Origin: Octopus vulgaris
Lineage: Eukaryota
Direction: 5' to 3'
DNA length: 64,000 bases
Assembly: GCA_951406725.2 (NCBI GenBank)
Contig: OX597818.1
Coordinates: 124,558,001-124,622,000, forward strand
In this document: piece after piece, positions 26,415 to 39,939 of the stretch
Layout of the letters: every line of letters starts with the position of its first letter
Numbering within the stretch: the stretch's first letter is position 1
Translations under genes and position numbers: made by a program
The notes under the pieces: model-generated
Database searches by the model: none
What the model was told of the DNA's origin: nothing
Seen by the model: only the letters and a program-made list of their open reading frames with translations

Positions 26415-27399
26415 CATGATAAGCTTCTTTCAGTTTCTGTCTAGCAAATCCACTCACAAGGCTTTGGTCAGCCTGGAGCTATAGTAGAAGGTACACCTGC
26501 CCAACATGCTGCATAGTGGGACTGAACCTCAAGCCACATAGTTGCAAAGCAAACATCTTAGCCACACGACTACGCCTGTACCTATAGCTACGTTGCTAAA
26601 TTCTCAAAATCAAACAGTAAATATCCAGATATTCACATTTTAATTTTATGTTTTGTGAGTTATACAAGTTAAGGAAAAAAATACTGTTGCGTGTTCCTTG
26701 TATCTTATTGGAAGGATTTAAAAATCAATTTAATATCTATATAATTTTTTCACATTCTCTGTAGTGTTTTATAATAATACCTGCATTTAAATATAGCCAT
26801 CCTTCTCACTCCCACCCTCTCTCAGCTAGTAGAGGTTAGGTGGCTGAGTGGATTTAATGTTAGACTACCTCTTCAAAGGACAAGAGATTGAATCTGCTTG
26901 CATGCCTTTTGATATCTATTAGCAAAGTACTCATCTTTCCATGATATTTCCATTTATACTTACAAAACTCTGTACAAATACTCAACATTCTTCAACTCCT
27001 GAAGGATGAAAAACAAATTTTTACCTTGGCAGGAATTGAACTTAGAGCATGATAGTTGCAAACAAGTGTCACCTTCACATCCAATCTGCACTGGAAACAT
27101 AACCAGTCATGAGGAAATATTAATTTGCTTGGAAAGAAGTGAGAGTTGGTAACAGGTAGGGCATCTGGCCATAGAAAATCTGTCTCAATAAATTCCATTT
27201 GCTCCATACAAGCATGGAAGAACAGATATTAAAACAGCAATTTTCCTTTTTCTTTTAATGGCTTGATTAAAAGAAAAAGAACAACTCTCATGGCATTTTT
27301 CAGTCTCCAGGACTGGTGAGAGGAAATTATCTCCAAACCAAAGAGCTGGCCTGAATTCTTGCATCAGACAAGGCTCTGCTAACGGCACCTATATTTTCA

Positions 27400-27770
27400 T
27401 ATGTTCTGTTTGACAGTGATTTGGCAGAAGGCAAGTGCACACAAGGTGGGCAGAAAAGCACTTCAAAGATGCACTCAAATCCTCACTGCTTTGAGATCAA
27501 CCCCACACCTGGGAAATACACGCATGAGACCACCCTGCCTGCCATAGCCGTACCAACAGAAGTGCCACTTCCTTTGAACAGAATAGGCTCACAGGAGCAC
27601 AAAGAAAATGTGAGCTGCACAAGTTCAGAGCTAACTCCTTGCCTTCATTTCCAGCAGACCAGCAGAACCTTCCAAGCATGCATCAGCCACCACCAGACAC
27701 ACCTTGACCTATCTTCTTCTTTGTGATGTCCTGGTCATTGATGACAACAACGGGCAAACATTATTATTAT
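27400..27770 (+). mobile_element. Degenerate RTE-clade LINE 3' end
   Basis: Frameshifted LAEGK..QGGQK..FKDALK...WE...ATSFEQNR...RTFQACI motifs, with an (ATT)n tail. Confidence 0.7.
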
Positions 27771-28161
27771 TAGGACATGGAAATATTGGTGCATCTATGA
27801 GTCAGGTTATGGTTTTAAAGCAAGTAACAGATTGTGTTTTTACATACATTTAGAGACAGTGACTTCCATTGCTTGTCTACTGTATCTTATAAATACACAT
27901 CTTTTTTTATTGCTACAGAAAGCATGGAACTGACTAGAACAGGGATGGGAGAAAAGTATATAGGTGATTGTAGACTTTGCTTAAATAACCTAAGTAAGAG
28001 CATAAACATTTTGGACCTGATTTGGTTAGAGAGCTAAGAAAACTCAGAAACAATCTAATTTAGTTGGAGATCTGAGATAATTTTTGGACTTGCACATGAG
28101 TTTTTCTTGTTGTAAGAATGCTAGGAACACCACTAAAAAATTGGAGTTGAAATCAGTATCA

Positions 28162-28551
28162 TGGATGGAAGCACTCTGTCGGTTATGACGACGAGGGTTC
28201 CGGTTGATCCGAATCAATGGAACAGCCTGCTCATGAAATTAACGTGTAAGTGGCTGAGCACTCCACAGACACGTGTACCCTTAACGTAGTTCTCGGGGAT
28301 ATTCAGCGTGACACAGAGAGTGACAAGGCCGGCCCTTTGAAATACAGGTACAACAGAAACAGGAAGTAAGAGTGAGAGAAAGTTGTGGTGAAAGAGTACA
28401 GCAGGGATCACCACCATCCCCTGCCGGAGCCTCGTGGAGCATTAGGTGTTTTCACTCAATAAACACTCACAGCGCCCGGTCTGGGAATCGAAACCGCGAT
28501 CCTATGACCGCGAGTCCGCTGCCCTAACCACTGGGCCATTGCGCCTCCACT
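28162..28551 (-). mobile_element. SINE family B
   Basis: Full copy with AATCAGTATC TSD. Variants or partial copies at 18815-19103(-), 26130-26320 and 63738-64000. Confidence 0.85.
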
Positions 28552-29026
28552 AATCAGTATCGTAAACTGGTGGAAAACTACTATATTCAAAGCCCTAATC
28601 ATTTGAGGAGACTTGTCACTTATTCTTAAGATAAGAATCCATTGACAGGATCTGTGTGAGGGTTTGTTTTCATAATAATAGTTACTTTTATTTCTAAAAT
28701 AGGCACAAGGACAAAAACTTAGGGAGATGGGATTAGTTAAATTGACCCAAGTACTTGACTGGTATATTATTTTATTGACCCTGAAAATATGTAAGGCAAA
28801 GTTGGCCTCACTAAAATTTAGAAGTCAGGCATTTTACCAGATGTTCTATCAACTTTTCCAGTCAATCACCCTTTTCATGATAAAAAAAAATGATGATTAG
28901 GCCAATCAATTAGCAGAATCACTCGAGCATCAAATAAAAGCTGTGTTAATTATTTCAGCTGTTTGTCTTTTGAATCCAAATTCCACAGAGAGTACCAGTC
29001 ATGTATTGAGGATGGATTCTTGACTC

Positions 29027-29105
<79 letters not shown>

Positions 29106-29730
29106 TATCTTTTTCCTCACACACTTTCTCAAATTCAGCCTTGTGGCTCTAGAAGATTGTGGAGTATCACATACAGTGCATCTTATCTCTAATAAAAGGC
29201 AGAGTATTCAGCAAGGGACTAGTGACCGCATTCCTATCTGGCATGCTACAAAACTGTCCAAATAAACCTAAGAACATGGCTGGCATAGGCAAACACCTTT
29301 GTATTGGACAGCATGAAACAACTTAAATAATAATAATAATAATAATTATACTCATATTACTGCTATTACTTATAACTGTTTCTTATACAAGCACAAAGCA
29401 TGAAACTTTTCGGGAGGGATTAGTTGATTAAATTGACCCCCAGTACTTGTCTGGTACTTTTATATTTATTGATTTGGAAAAGATGAAACACTTAGTTGAC
29501 TTTGGTGGGATTTGAACTCAAAGTGTCAGAATAAATACCAGAAAGCATTTTGTTCAATGATCCTGCTACTCTACCACCCTGCTACAAAGTCTAATGCTAA
29601 TGGCTTCTAACATATGCAGAAGACCACTCATTCTGATGCTTGAGATCAACCATAAAATTATTTCAGAAATTTCAAAAGGCTGAAATGCTAAATGATGTCC
29701 GGCAGAATTTGAAATTAGAATGCATAAATA

Positions 29731-30125
29731 TAGGCGCAGGTATGGCTGTGTGGTAAGTAGCTTGCTTACCAACCACATGGTTCCAGGTTCAGTCCCACTG
29801 CGTGGCACCTTGGGCAAGTGTCTTCTGCTATAGCCCCGGGCCAACCAATGCCTTGTGAGTGGATTTGGTAAACGGAAACTGAAAGAAGCCCGTTGTATAT
29901 ATGTATATATATATATATGTGTATGTTTGTCTGTGTTTGTCCCCCATAGCATTGCTTGACAACCGATGCTGGTGCGTTTATGTCCCTGTCACTTAGCGGT
30001 TCGGCAAAAGAGACCGATAGAATAAGTACTGGGCTTACAAAGAATAAGTCCCGGGGTCGAGTTGCTCGATTAAAGGCGGTGCTCCAGCATGGCTGCAGTC
30101 AAATGACTGAAACAAATAAAAAAGA
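29731..30125 (+). mobile_element. SINE family A
   Basis: Full-length match to the 5357 copy. Confidence 0.85.
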
Positions 30126-30741
30126 AAAAAAAAAGAAAAAAGATACATCAATACTACAAGATATTTTTGTTTGATAGCTTCACCAATTCTGTCGATCCAC
30201 CTCCAAACAAAAACAAAAAATCCAAACACTTGAAACTCCCATCACCCTCTCATAGGGGAGGAAAGTGAGCTACTTTGTAAATGAAAGACATTTTCATTCA
30301 GTTATAATGTTTTAGAGGGTAGCAAAATGGCAGAATTATTAAAATGTTTGATAGAGTACCTCACAGTATTTGTTCCAATTTCTGTATTCCGAGGTTAGAT
30401 CTTGCTGATGTCATCTCTGCTGCCATCATCCATAGGGGTTGATAAAAAAAAAGTACCAATGTACTTCAGGACAATGTAGAGAGTTAGGCAGTGTTTGTTC
30501 TGGTTCATTACATCCTGTTATCAACACTTATAATGTCACTGACACCAAATTGTGTCTGCTCACATCAGCAGCCTTTCCGTTTGATAGACATCGATGTCTT
30601 GAAGAGTGGAGACTTTCATAGGTGAGCAACCTGCCAGTCTTCTTTAAAACATCTTGCACACACAAAAACATGCATGGTCAACTTTGACCAACAGAGACCC
30701 CCTCATAAAGTTTTAGGGAGAAGACTTGTTGAAATCTACCC

Positions 30742-30968
30742 TTAACCCTTTAGTGTTCAGATTATTCTATCAAACATAATGCCTATTGATTCCCATTGAT
30801 TTGAATTAATCATGCATTATCTCATATCTTCAAGATCTTGATGGTGTAATTACTTAATGTAGAATAACATTGTGGGGTAGGTGTGAGAGCCTGGATCTGG
30901 TCAGTTTGAACATAAAACGGATTAGCTATTTTGGCCGGATATGGCCGGTTTAAATACTAAAGGGTTAA
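30742..30968. mobile_element. TTAA (piggyBac-like) MITE
   Basis: TTAA-CCCTTTAG...CTAAAGGG-TTAA. A homologous copy lies at 52273-52501. Confidence 0.75.
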
Positions 30969-31801
30969 GAGCAGTTTAATAAATCTGTTGAGTAACAGCA
31001 ATGTAATAAAATATTTACTATATTTGATGGCATAAAATACATATGGACATATTAGACAGACCCCAGTTTCAGCAATGTGCAGAGAGGAAAAAATGGGCAT
31101 CTGAGACAAAGTTTATGGTAGGCCCAACTTCAAATGTAAGACCCAGAGTGATTTTTGAGATTTTACAGGAACAAAAAAATGTGTGCCTTTTATATGTCAT
31201 CAAATATAGTAGTTAAGATAGTATAATGCACTGAGCCACAAAACTTTAATTAATTAAAATACTAATGAAGTTAGGAGTAAAACAAAATCTTAAATAATTA
31301 ATTCTAGTGAAAAAAGTAAAGGACATTGCCAATATAGAAATTAATTACAAGTATGTAAAAATAGATTATTGTAACTATATAGCAGATAAACTGTCTCGTC
31401 TTTGTTATTTTAAAATACCAGATATGTTATAGAGCCAAGAGAATTTCATTTAGAATACGTACATGTGTCTTTCTATTTTAGGGCCACTCATTATCGTCAT
31501 CATAATAATGCAAAAACTGCTCGACATTACTTAAATTCACTGATCAGATGAGAACCTGTGTGTTCAATGTGATATAGCCTTAAACAGTGTGTGTGGGTGT
31601 GTAGGTATAGTTATTTATACATATATGCACTAAAATGGAAAGACATGAACATGTTTTAAATGTAATTCTCTTGATATATATTTACATATATATATATGTG
31701 TGTGTGTGTGTATGTATGTATATATATATATATTTATATATATATGTATATATATTTGTGTGTGTGTATATATATATATATGCATATATATATATATGTA
31801 T

Positions 31802-31833
<32 letters not shown>

Positions 31834-32268
31834 GTATATGTATATATAGATATATATATATATACACACACACATGCACGCACACACACACACATAAATA
31901 GCTTGTGAAGAAGGGTCAACTTGGCCTATTCACTTGTTTTTCTGACAGAACAGCTTTGTATTTACTCTACCATCCTTAGGCACTTTGGCTGTTTTGGGGC
32001 AAGAGAGATATGTAGCTTAATACAGCATTGTCCAGATGAAATTTATAGACATTATTGCCAGGAATTTAGTACAAGTAGATCCAAGGAAACAGTCTTCAGC
32101 AATAATAGAAATAATGATAATTATTACTAATTCTGATGCAAAGCCTTCCTGATATTTTGGGGGGAAGAAGCATTATATCAAACTAGCACTACACTAGAAT
32201 TTTCTGTGCCAGCACGGCCACATATTTATGTAAAAGAAAAGATTAATATAGACAGACGGACAGACATT

Positions 32269-32363
<95 letters not shown>

Positions 32364-32585
32364 GTTTCTTTATTAGCCACACAGGGCTGAACACAGCAGG
32401 GACAAATTACAAATTAGAGCTTTTACTTTTTGGGGAGAAAAAAAAAGAAAAGAAAAAAAAGGGGGTAGGTTTTCGATCAAAAGGGCTCATAAAAAAAGAA
32501 AAAAAAAACGATCAATAGGGATCCTGTATCATAGAAATGTCATGTAAAGTGTAAAGGGGGAAACAGATAAGGTTTATCCGTGGAA

Positions 32586-32662
<77 letters not shown>

Positions 32663-33259
32663 CAGACAAACAGACATAGTGTGTGTGAGTATTATACTAT
32701 GAATAACGAGCATTATAATGAAGTAAACTTGTTTATAAACATTGTTTATAAAATATATGGCATGTTTAAATGACTATACAGGATATTTACAAATAATGTA
32801 GAAAACATTGAATAGATATGAATATAAGCCAAACATACATATATATATATATATATATATCCATGCCAGCATGGAATGGAAATTTGGATGTAACTCTGAA
32901 TGAAGGAGAACATGGTTATAATTGTGTGTTTACACATATAGGTTTATGTATGTTCACATACACAGATTCACATATGCTCAGTGACACATACACACATACA
33001 ACACATACACACATACATGCAAGCATACTTACACAAGCAGAAAAAGAGAAGGGTGAATATGTGATATATGCATATTTATTACACTAATAAAATATATCCA
33101 TGTTATTTCTATAACTTACTGTGTGATATTTTTAGCTGCAGTCATGATTGACTTCAGAAGCAATGGTTGAGCAGATCTCTGAAAGGAAGTAAAGTGGCTT
33201 GGTTTGCTTCATCTGTTTTATTGTTGTTATTGCTGTTGCAATTCACTCCCTCTTCTCCT

Positions 33260-33291
<32 letters not shown>

Positions 33292-33637
33292 ACATGCATA
33301 TGCCTACTCTATTTTTGTCCATTATCTCATTATATATTGCAACCAAGTGTGTCAACTACCTTCCTTTTTTTTCCCCTTTTTATCTCCAAGCTGAGAACTC
33401 TTAAGATTAGAAACACTTAAACCTATAAGGTTCCTATGAAAATAGCAACCCAATAATTTATAGGTGAACAGTTATGCATTTATACATGCATGTGGATGCT
33501 AGTAGTTAAGAAGTTTGATTTCCAATCATGAGATCACTGGTTCAGTCCCATTCTATGACATATTCAGCAAGTGTCTTTTATCATAGTCTCAACTCATCCC
33601 ACGCCTTGTGAGTGAAATTCACAACTATCATAATATA

Positions 33638-33853
33638 TAATGAAATTATTGTATACAGTGGTGCTCAGGTGCACCACAACTTGTCAGAAAGTGCATATAA
33701 AGTACATGCAGTAATGTAGAAATGTCTGGAAAGCGAACAATGTATGAGTCAGATACATGCTTGTGTGTGTATGGAGGGGAGAAAATCAAGTGTAGTGTTG
33801 GCGAATCTCAGGAAGCATGGAAGTTTTGAAGGATGCAGTGCTCCGACAACTAA
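33638..33853 (-). mobile_element. CR1 LINE 3' end (same family as 35350)
   Basis: Nucleotide identity with 35355-35568. Confidence 0.8.
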
Positions 33854-35349
33854 CATAAACCATCCATAGTTTATCATCATTATTGTCATCATCATCTTCA
33901 TTGTTTAACATCAATTTTTTATGCTGGCATAGGTTTGAAAGTTTAACAGGAGCCAACAAGCCAGAGGACTGCACCATGCTCCAATGTCTTGCTTTGGCAT
34001 AGTTTCTATGGTTGGATGCCCTTCTTTATATCAAACACATCACAGAATGTACTGGGTGCTCTTTATGTGGCACCAGTATTAGTGAGGTCACCAAGTAACT
34101 TGCAAAACAGGACCCCTCAACTGAGAGGATGTAAGGAGCCTGTATGATGGACTGAACCTTAACTCAAAGAGCCAGATTTGTCACTCACTGTATCACACTG
34201 AATCTACTTTAGGATTACATTAAAGGCGCCTAAGTCTGAGAAATAAAGTGACTTGCTCAAGAATACAACACATAGCCTGGTCCAGGAATTGAACTCACTA
34301 CTTCGTGATTTTGAGTCCAATGCTCTAACCACTGAGCCATGCACCTTCATAAGCCAGATACATTAGAAGAGGAATATTCCAAGGAGACATGCTCTCCCCC
34401 ACTCCTTTTCTGCTTGGCACTAACACATTAAAAACGCATATATCTGCACTATAATTCAAGGAGTTGGCAGATCAGTTGATTGAACAACTGGAATACTCAT
34501 TACCATAATTAATGGGAAATCCATTATTACTGTATGTAAATAGATGTAAGTATGCTCAAAGCTATGGATGGTTTATCACTGATGGTTAAACCTTTAAAAG
34601 TTGTAACTTATATTTAATTGCTTTAACCATTTTGTTTCCATATTTTTGATGAAATGTGCTGCCTTTGTTTCAATTAATTTTGAAAATAACAAAGAATATA
34701 GCAAAATAAGTTTGTCATTATCAAGTTGATGTGTGAAATATAAATTAAACTAAAATTTTGTTAGAAATTTTTTTAATTAGATCATCAATTTAACCCTTTT
34801 GTATTATCACATAAACTCCTAACATTTGGCCTCCTAATTCCCCAGATCTCAATCCACTGGACTATTACATGTAGAGTGTTGTTGAGGACTGTGAAGTCCT
34901 ATCTGGCTTATGAAGGAACATGGCTTAGTAGTTAGAGCACTGGACTCAAAATTACGAGGTAGTGAGTTCGGTTCCCAGACCAGGCTATGTGTTGTGTTCT
35001 TGAGCAAGTCACTTTATTTCATGTTACTCCAGTTCACTCAGCTATAGAAATGAGTTGTGATGTCATTGGTGCCAAGCTGTGTCATCTTTTGCCTTTCCCT
35101 TGGATAACATCGGTGGCATGGAGAGGGGAGGCTTGTATGCATGGACAACTGCTGGTCTCCCATAAACAACCTTGCCCAGATTTGTACCTCAGAGGTTAAC
35201 TTTCTAGGTGCAATCCCATGGTCATTCATGACCAAAGTGGGTCTTTACTCCTATTTTTTACTCCTTTATCTGCCTCAAATATTCTCCCAATTTTATGTTC
35301 AAACTATCCATATTCAGCCTCTCACATCTACCCTACAAAGTCATTACAA

Positions 35350-35822
35350 TAATAATAATGAAATTATTGTATACAGTGCTCAGGTGCACCACAACTTGTC
35401 AGAAAGTGCATATAAAGTGTATGCAGTAATGTACAAATGTCTGGAAAGCAAACAGTGTATGAGTCAGATACATGCTTGTGTGTGTATGGAGGGGAGGAAA
35501 TCAGGTGCAGTGTTGGTGAATCTCAGAAAGCATGGAAGTTTTGAAGGATGCAGTGCTCCGACAACTAACAACTGATGCCGGCAGTTTGTTCCATGCTTCA
35601 GCAACTCTCAGCGTGAAAAAATGTTTCCTAAAGTCATGGGAGCTGTGCTGTTTTCTGACTTTGTAAATATGTCCACGGGTGTTAGACAGGTGGTGTTTGA
35701 AAAGGTGCTCAGAGTTATTGTTTGTTAGATGGTTGATAATTTTATGGGTGTCTGCCAAGTCAGCTGCCAGATGTCGGAGTTTCAATGTGTCCATGCCCAG
35801 AGAAGTGAGGCGTTCAGAATAT
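35350..35822 (-). mobile_element. CR1 LINE 3' end
   Basis: Encodes YSERLTSLGMDTLKLR...NTRGH..K...FFTLRVAEAWNKLP. Near-identical shorter copies lie at 20368-20737 and 33638-33853. Confidence 0.85.
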
Positions 35823-36262
35823 GGCAAATGCCATATTATGAAAAATAAACAATCACATCATCAAAGTCTCAAAACCACAAGAAATGCATGATTAAGTCTA
35901 AACAATATGAATAAATGAGCATTACAATTGACAGAGTAATCAGAATGCTAAAAGGTTAAGACAAAAATTTGTTATCATTGATCCAGCTGTTGTCTCAGGT
36001 AGGCTTGAATCCAAAAGGCTAAAGAAACTATAAAGTTGTCAGCATCTCTCTCTCTTTTTTTTTATTTATCTTCCCATCTCATTCACTATTCACTTGATTT
36101 GCAAATTGCCCTTAATATATGTTACCTGAACAATTAATATGTTAACTGATTAGTTAATTTTCCTTAATTGCTCATTTAATTGTTTTGTTAACTGCTCAGT
36201 TATCTTAACTAATCTGTTAATTTATATTAATCACATAGTTTTTCAGCAGTGGTGGGGACTAT

Positions 36263-36296
<34 letters not shown>

Positions 36297-36298
<2 letters not shown>

Positions 36299-36565
36299 CA
36301 ACAATCAAGGAACGGCCATAATAGGCCATTCACCCACTAGAAATAACAGCCAAAAGCTTTAACCGCAAAATAATGACATTATTTTGCGGTTAAAGCTTTT
36401 GGCTGTTATTTCTAGTGGGTGAATGGCCTATTATGGCCGTTCCTTGATTGTTGATGTTGAACTTAAAAATGGTTTATGACTATTTAATTTTTTCCCACTA
36501 GGCCGCTGGTGGCAAAAGAATTCTACAAAATTTTTTTTTTGCCACCCTATATTGATTAATTATTA
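36297..36565. mobile_element. Perfect 159-bp palindrome plus unique tail in (TA)n
   Basis: 36297-36455 is a perfect 79-bp-arm palindrome centred on 36376. (TA)n on both sides. Confidence 0.7.
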
Positions 36566-36818
36566 TATATATATATATATATACATATATCTTTTATCTT
36601 TTACCTGTTTCAGTCATTAGACTGTGGCCATGCTAGGGCATTGCCTTGAATTTTTAGTTGAATGAATTGACCCCTGTATTTATTTTTTAAGACTGATACT
36701 TATTCTATCATTCTCTTTTGCTGAACCTCTAAGTTACGGGGATGTAAACATACCAACACCAGTTGTCAAGTGGTAATGGGGGGGGAACAAACACACACAT
36801 AGATACATAGATATATCC

Positions 36819-36865
<47 letters not shown>

Positions 36866-36868
<3 letters not shown>

Positions 36869-37225
36869 CGGAGATGTACTCGCATAGCTAGTAATTTGAT
36901 CTGAGATCGTGTGCTGAAACAAAAACAATTGCAGTGTGGAAGGTGTTTGTAAGCCATTTAAGAAACACACAAAAGCCATTCGATTCACTTCAACATTTAA
37001 GTTTAATTTGTCAAAATATTTTTGTCGTTAAAATCCGCGACCTGTTCACTGACAAAAATCTGTGCTGCATCTGATTTTGTCAGCATGGATTTTTGTCAGT
37101 GAACAGGTCGCGGATTTTAGCGATGAAAATATTTTGACAAATTAAACTTAAATGTTGAAGTGAATCGAATGGCTTTTGTGTGTTTCTTAAATGGCTTACA
37201 AACACCTTCCACGCTGCAATTGTTG
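36866..37225. mobile_element. Fold-back HHR element nested in the (TA)n tract of a SINE
   Basis: Arms ~36924-37067 and ~37081-37224, with an HHR variant in each arm. Confidence 0.75.
37092..37141 (+). ncRNA. Hammerhead ribozyme motif with G3-C8 core swap
   Basis: TTTGTCA-GTGAACA-G-GTCGC(GGATTTTA)GCGAT-GAAA-ATAT-TT|TGACAAA. 7-bp stem I, palindromic stem III AATATT. An inverted copy lies at 37007-37056. Confidence 0.65.
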
Positions 37226-37493
37226 TATATATATATATATATATATATATAAACGACAGGCTTCTTTCAGTTTCTATCTGCCAAATCCACTCACAAGGTT
37301 TTGGTCAGCCTAAGGCTATAGTAGAAGACACCCAATGTGCCATGCATTGTATTTAGAATCATTCTTTACAGATATCTTATTTTATTGGTAAAATAAGTAC
37401 TTTGGCATCATAGACTTCACCTCTTACCTTCATACCTCACTAATTCAAAATTTTGCTCCAAATTTACTATTGTTATCATCAGTAAAATGGATG

Positions 37494-37549
<56 letters not shown>

Positions 37550-37788
37550 CCTTTCTACTTTAGGCACAAGGCCCTGGATTTTGTGGGGAGGGGAACAGTT
37601 GATTACAACGAACACCAGTACTCCACTGGTACTTAATTTATCAACCCCAAAAGGATGAAAGGCAAAGTTGACTTCAGCAGAATTTGAACTCAGAATGTTG
37701 CAGCAGAAGAAATACCACTAAACATTTCACCTGGTGTGCTAACGATTCTGCCAGCTTGCCGCCTTTGATGGTGATGATTATGATGATG

Positions 37789-37875
<87 letters not shown>

Positions 37876-38086
37876 GCTTCAAATTTAGGCACAAGGCCAG
37901 CAAGTTAGGGGAAGGGGCTAAGTCAATTACATTGACTCCAGCATTTAACTGGTACTTATTTTATCAACCCTGAAAGGATGAAAGGCAAAGTCAGCCTGGT
38001 CAGAATTTGAACTCAGAATGTAAAGACAGACGAAATGCCTCTAAGCATTTTGTCTGGCATGCTATCAATTTTGCCAGCTCACTGCC

Positions 38087-38157
<71 letters not shown>

Positions 38158-38386
38158 TTGGGGGAGGGGGGGCACTCACTAGTACAACACCAAAAAAAAC
38201 CCCAAATATATGGCACACCAGGCATAACAACAACGTGAACTTCCAACCTGTTGTCTCTTGAGGTCTCTGGGTGAGACTTGGAGCCAACTTGTACAAATAT
38301 AAAGCAAAAGTCAAACATAGAATAATAATAATAATAATGATAATGATAAGGATGATGATGATGATGATAATATTAATAATAATAAT

Positions 38387-38442
<56 letters not shown>

Positions 38443-38808
38443 AATGACAATGACAATGATAATAATAATAATAATAATAATTGTTTCAGATTTTGGTGTA
38501 AGACCATCAATCTTAGTGGGAGGATGTTAGTCAGTTATATTGATACCAATATATAACTGATACTTCATTTTATATTCTCTGAAAGGATGAAAGGGAAAGT
38601 TATCAATACAGGATTTGAACTCAGAATATAAGTATCTGAAACATATAACACAAAGCATTTTTCTGATGTTCTCACTGTTCTTCCAGAGTCACAGACAGTG
38701 CCCAACTGACCCTACTCTACTGTGTAGTCGACAAAATCAAAAACAAACAATACACATGCACAAAATTAAATCTATAAAATGGCAACAATTCACCCATTGC
38801 ACCCTGTT

Positions 38809-38898
<90 letters not shown>

Positions 38899-39204
38899 TA
38901 TACTAATACATCTGTTTGTTGTCTACACCACCTGTCTCACACAATATAATATATATATATATATATAAAAATTAGAAAAAAGCCCACCTTTTATCAATTC
39001 AACATGAACAATTAAATTACACCATCTAGAAAATTACATATAATAGAAATATGAAAATTGAAATAACATACATGCCAGTGCCCCAGCATGGCCACAGCTC
39101 ATGAACTGAAACTAGATAAGACAAAATTTTAAAAATACATACATATACATCATCATTATCATCATCATCGTTTAGCATCCGTTTTCCATGCTAGCATGGG
39201 TTGG

Positions 39205-39248
<44 letters not shown>

Positions 39249-39907
39249 TCATCATCATCGTATGTATGTATGAGAAATTGCAATAAGCACAAGTTTATGC
39301 CATTGTTCCCATGTGTTTATCTTATCTCATAAGTTCTCCTATATTTGCTCTGTATATCATAACCAGTAATACAACAAAGTACTGTAGGAACCACACCATT
39401 ATATCAGGGGCAGACTTAACAATGATACTCTATGTGGAGCTCAAAAATCACCAGATGTCATTCTGGGAAGCCAGAAGGCTGCACCAGGCCCAGTCTGATC
39501 TGGCAACGTTTCTACGGCTGGATGCCCTTCTTAACGCCAACCACTCTGTGAGTGTAGTGGGTGCTTTTTACGTGCCGTGTGTGTGTGTGTGTGTGTCTAT
39601 AAATGTGTGTTTATGTACATATGTTTGTATATATATATGTGTGTGTGTGTGTGTGTCTGTGGAGGTGCTTAGCTTAGTGCTTAGGGTGTTGGACTCATGA
39701 TCATAAGATTGTGGTTTCAATTCCTGTACCAGGCAATGCATTGTTCTTGAGCAAAACATTTCATTTCACATTGCTTCAGTCTACTCAGGCGGCAAAAGTG
39801 AGTAAACCTGTGACAGACTGGCATCCCATCCAGGTGGGAAATATATATGTCATGAAACCGAGAAACTGGACCTTATGATTTGGTAAAGCTCGGAAAGGTA
39901 ACTTTAT

Positions 39908-39939
<32 letters not shown>

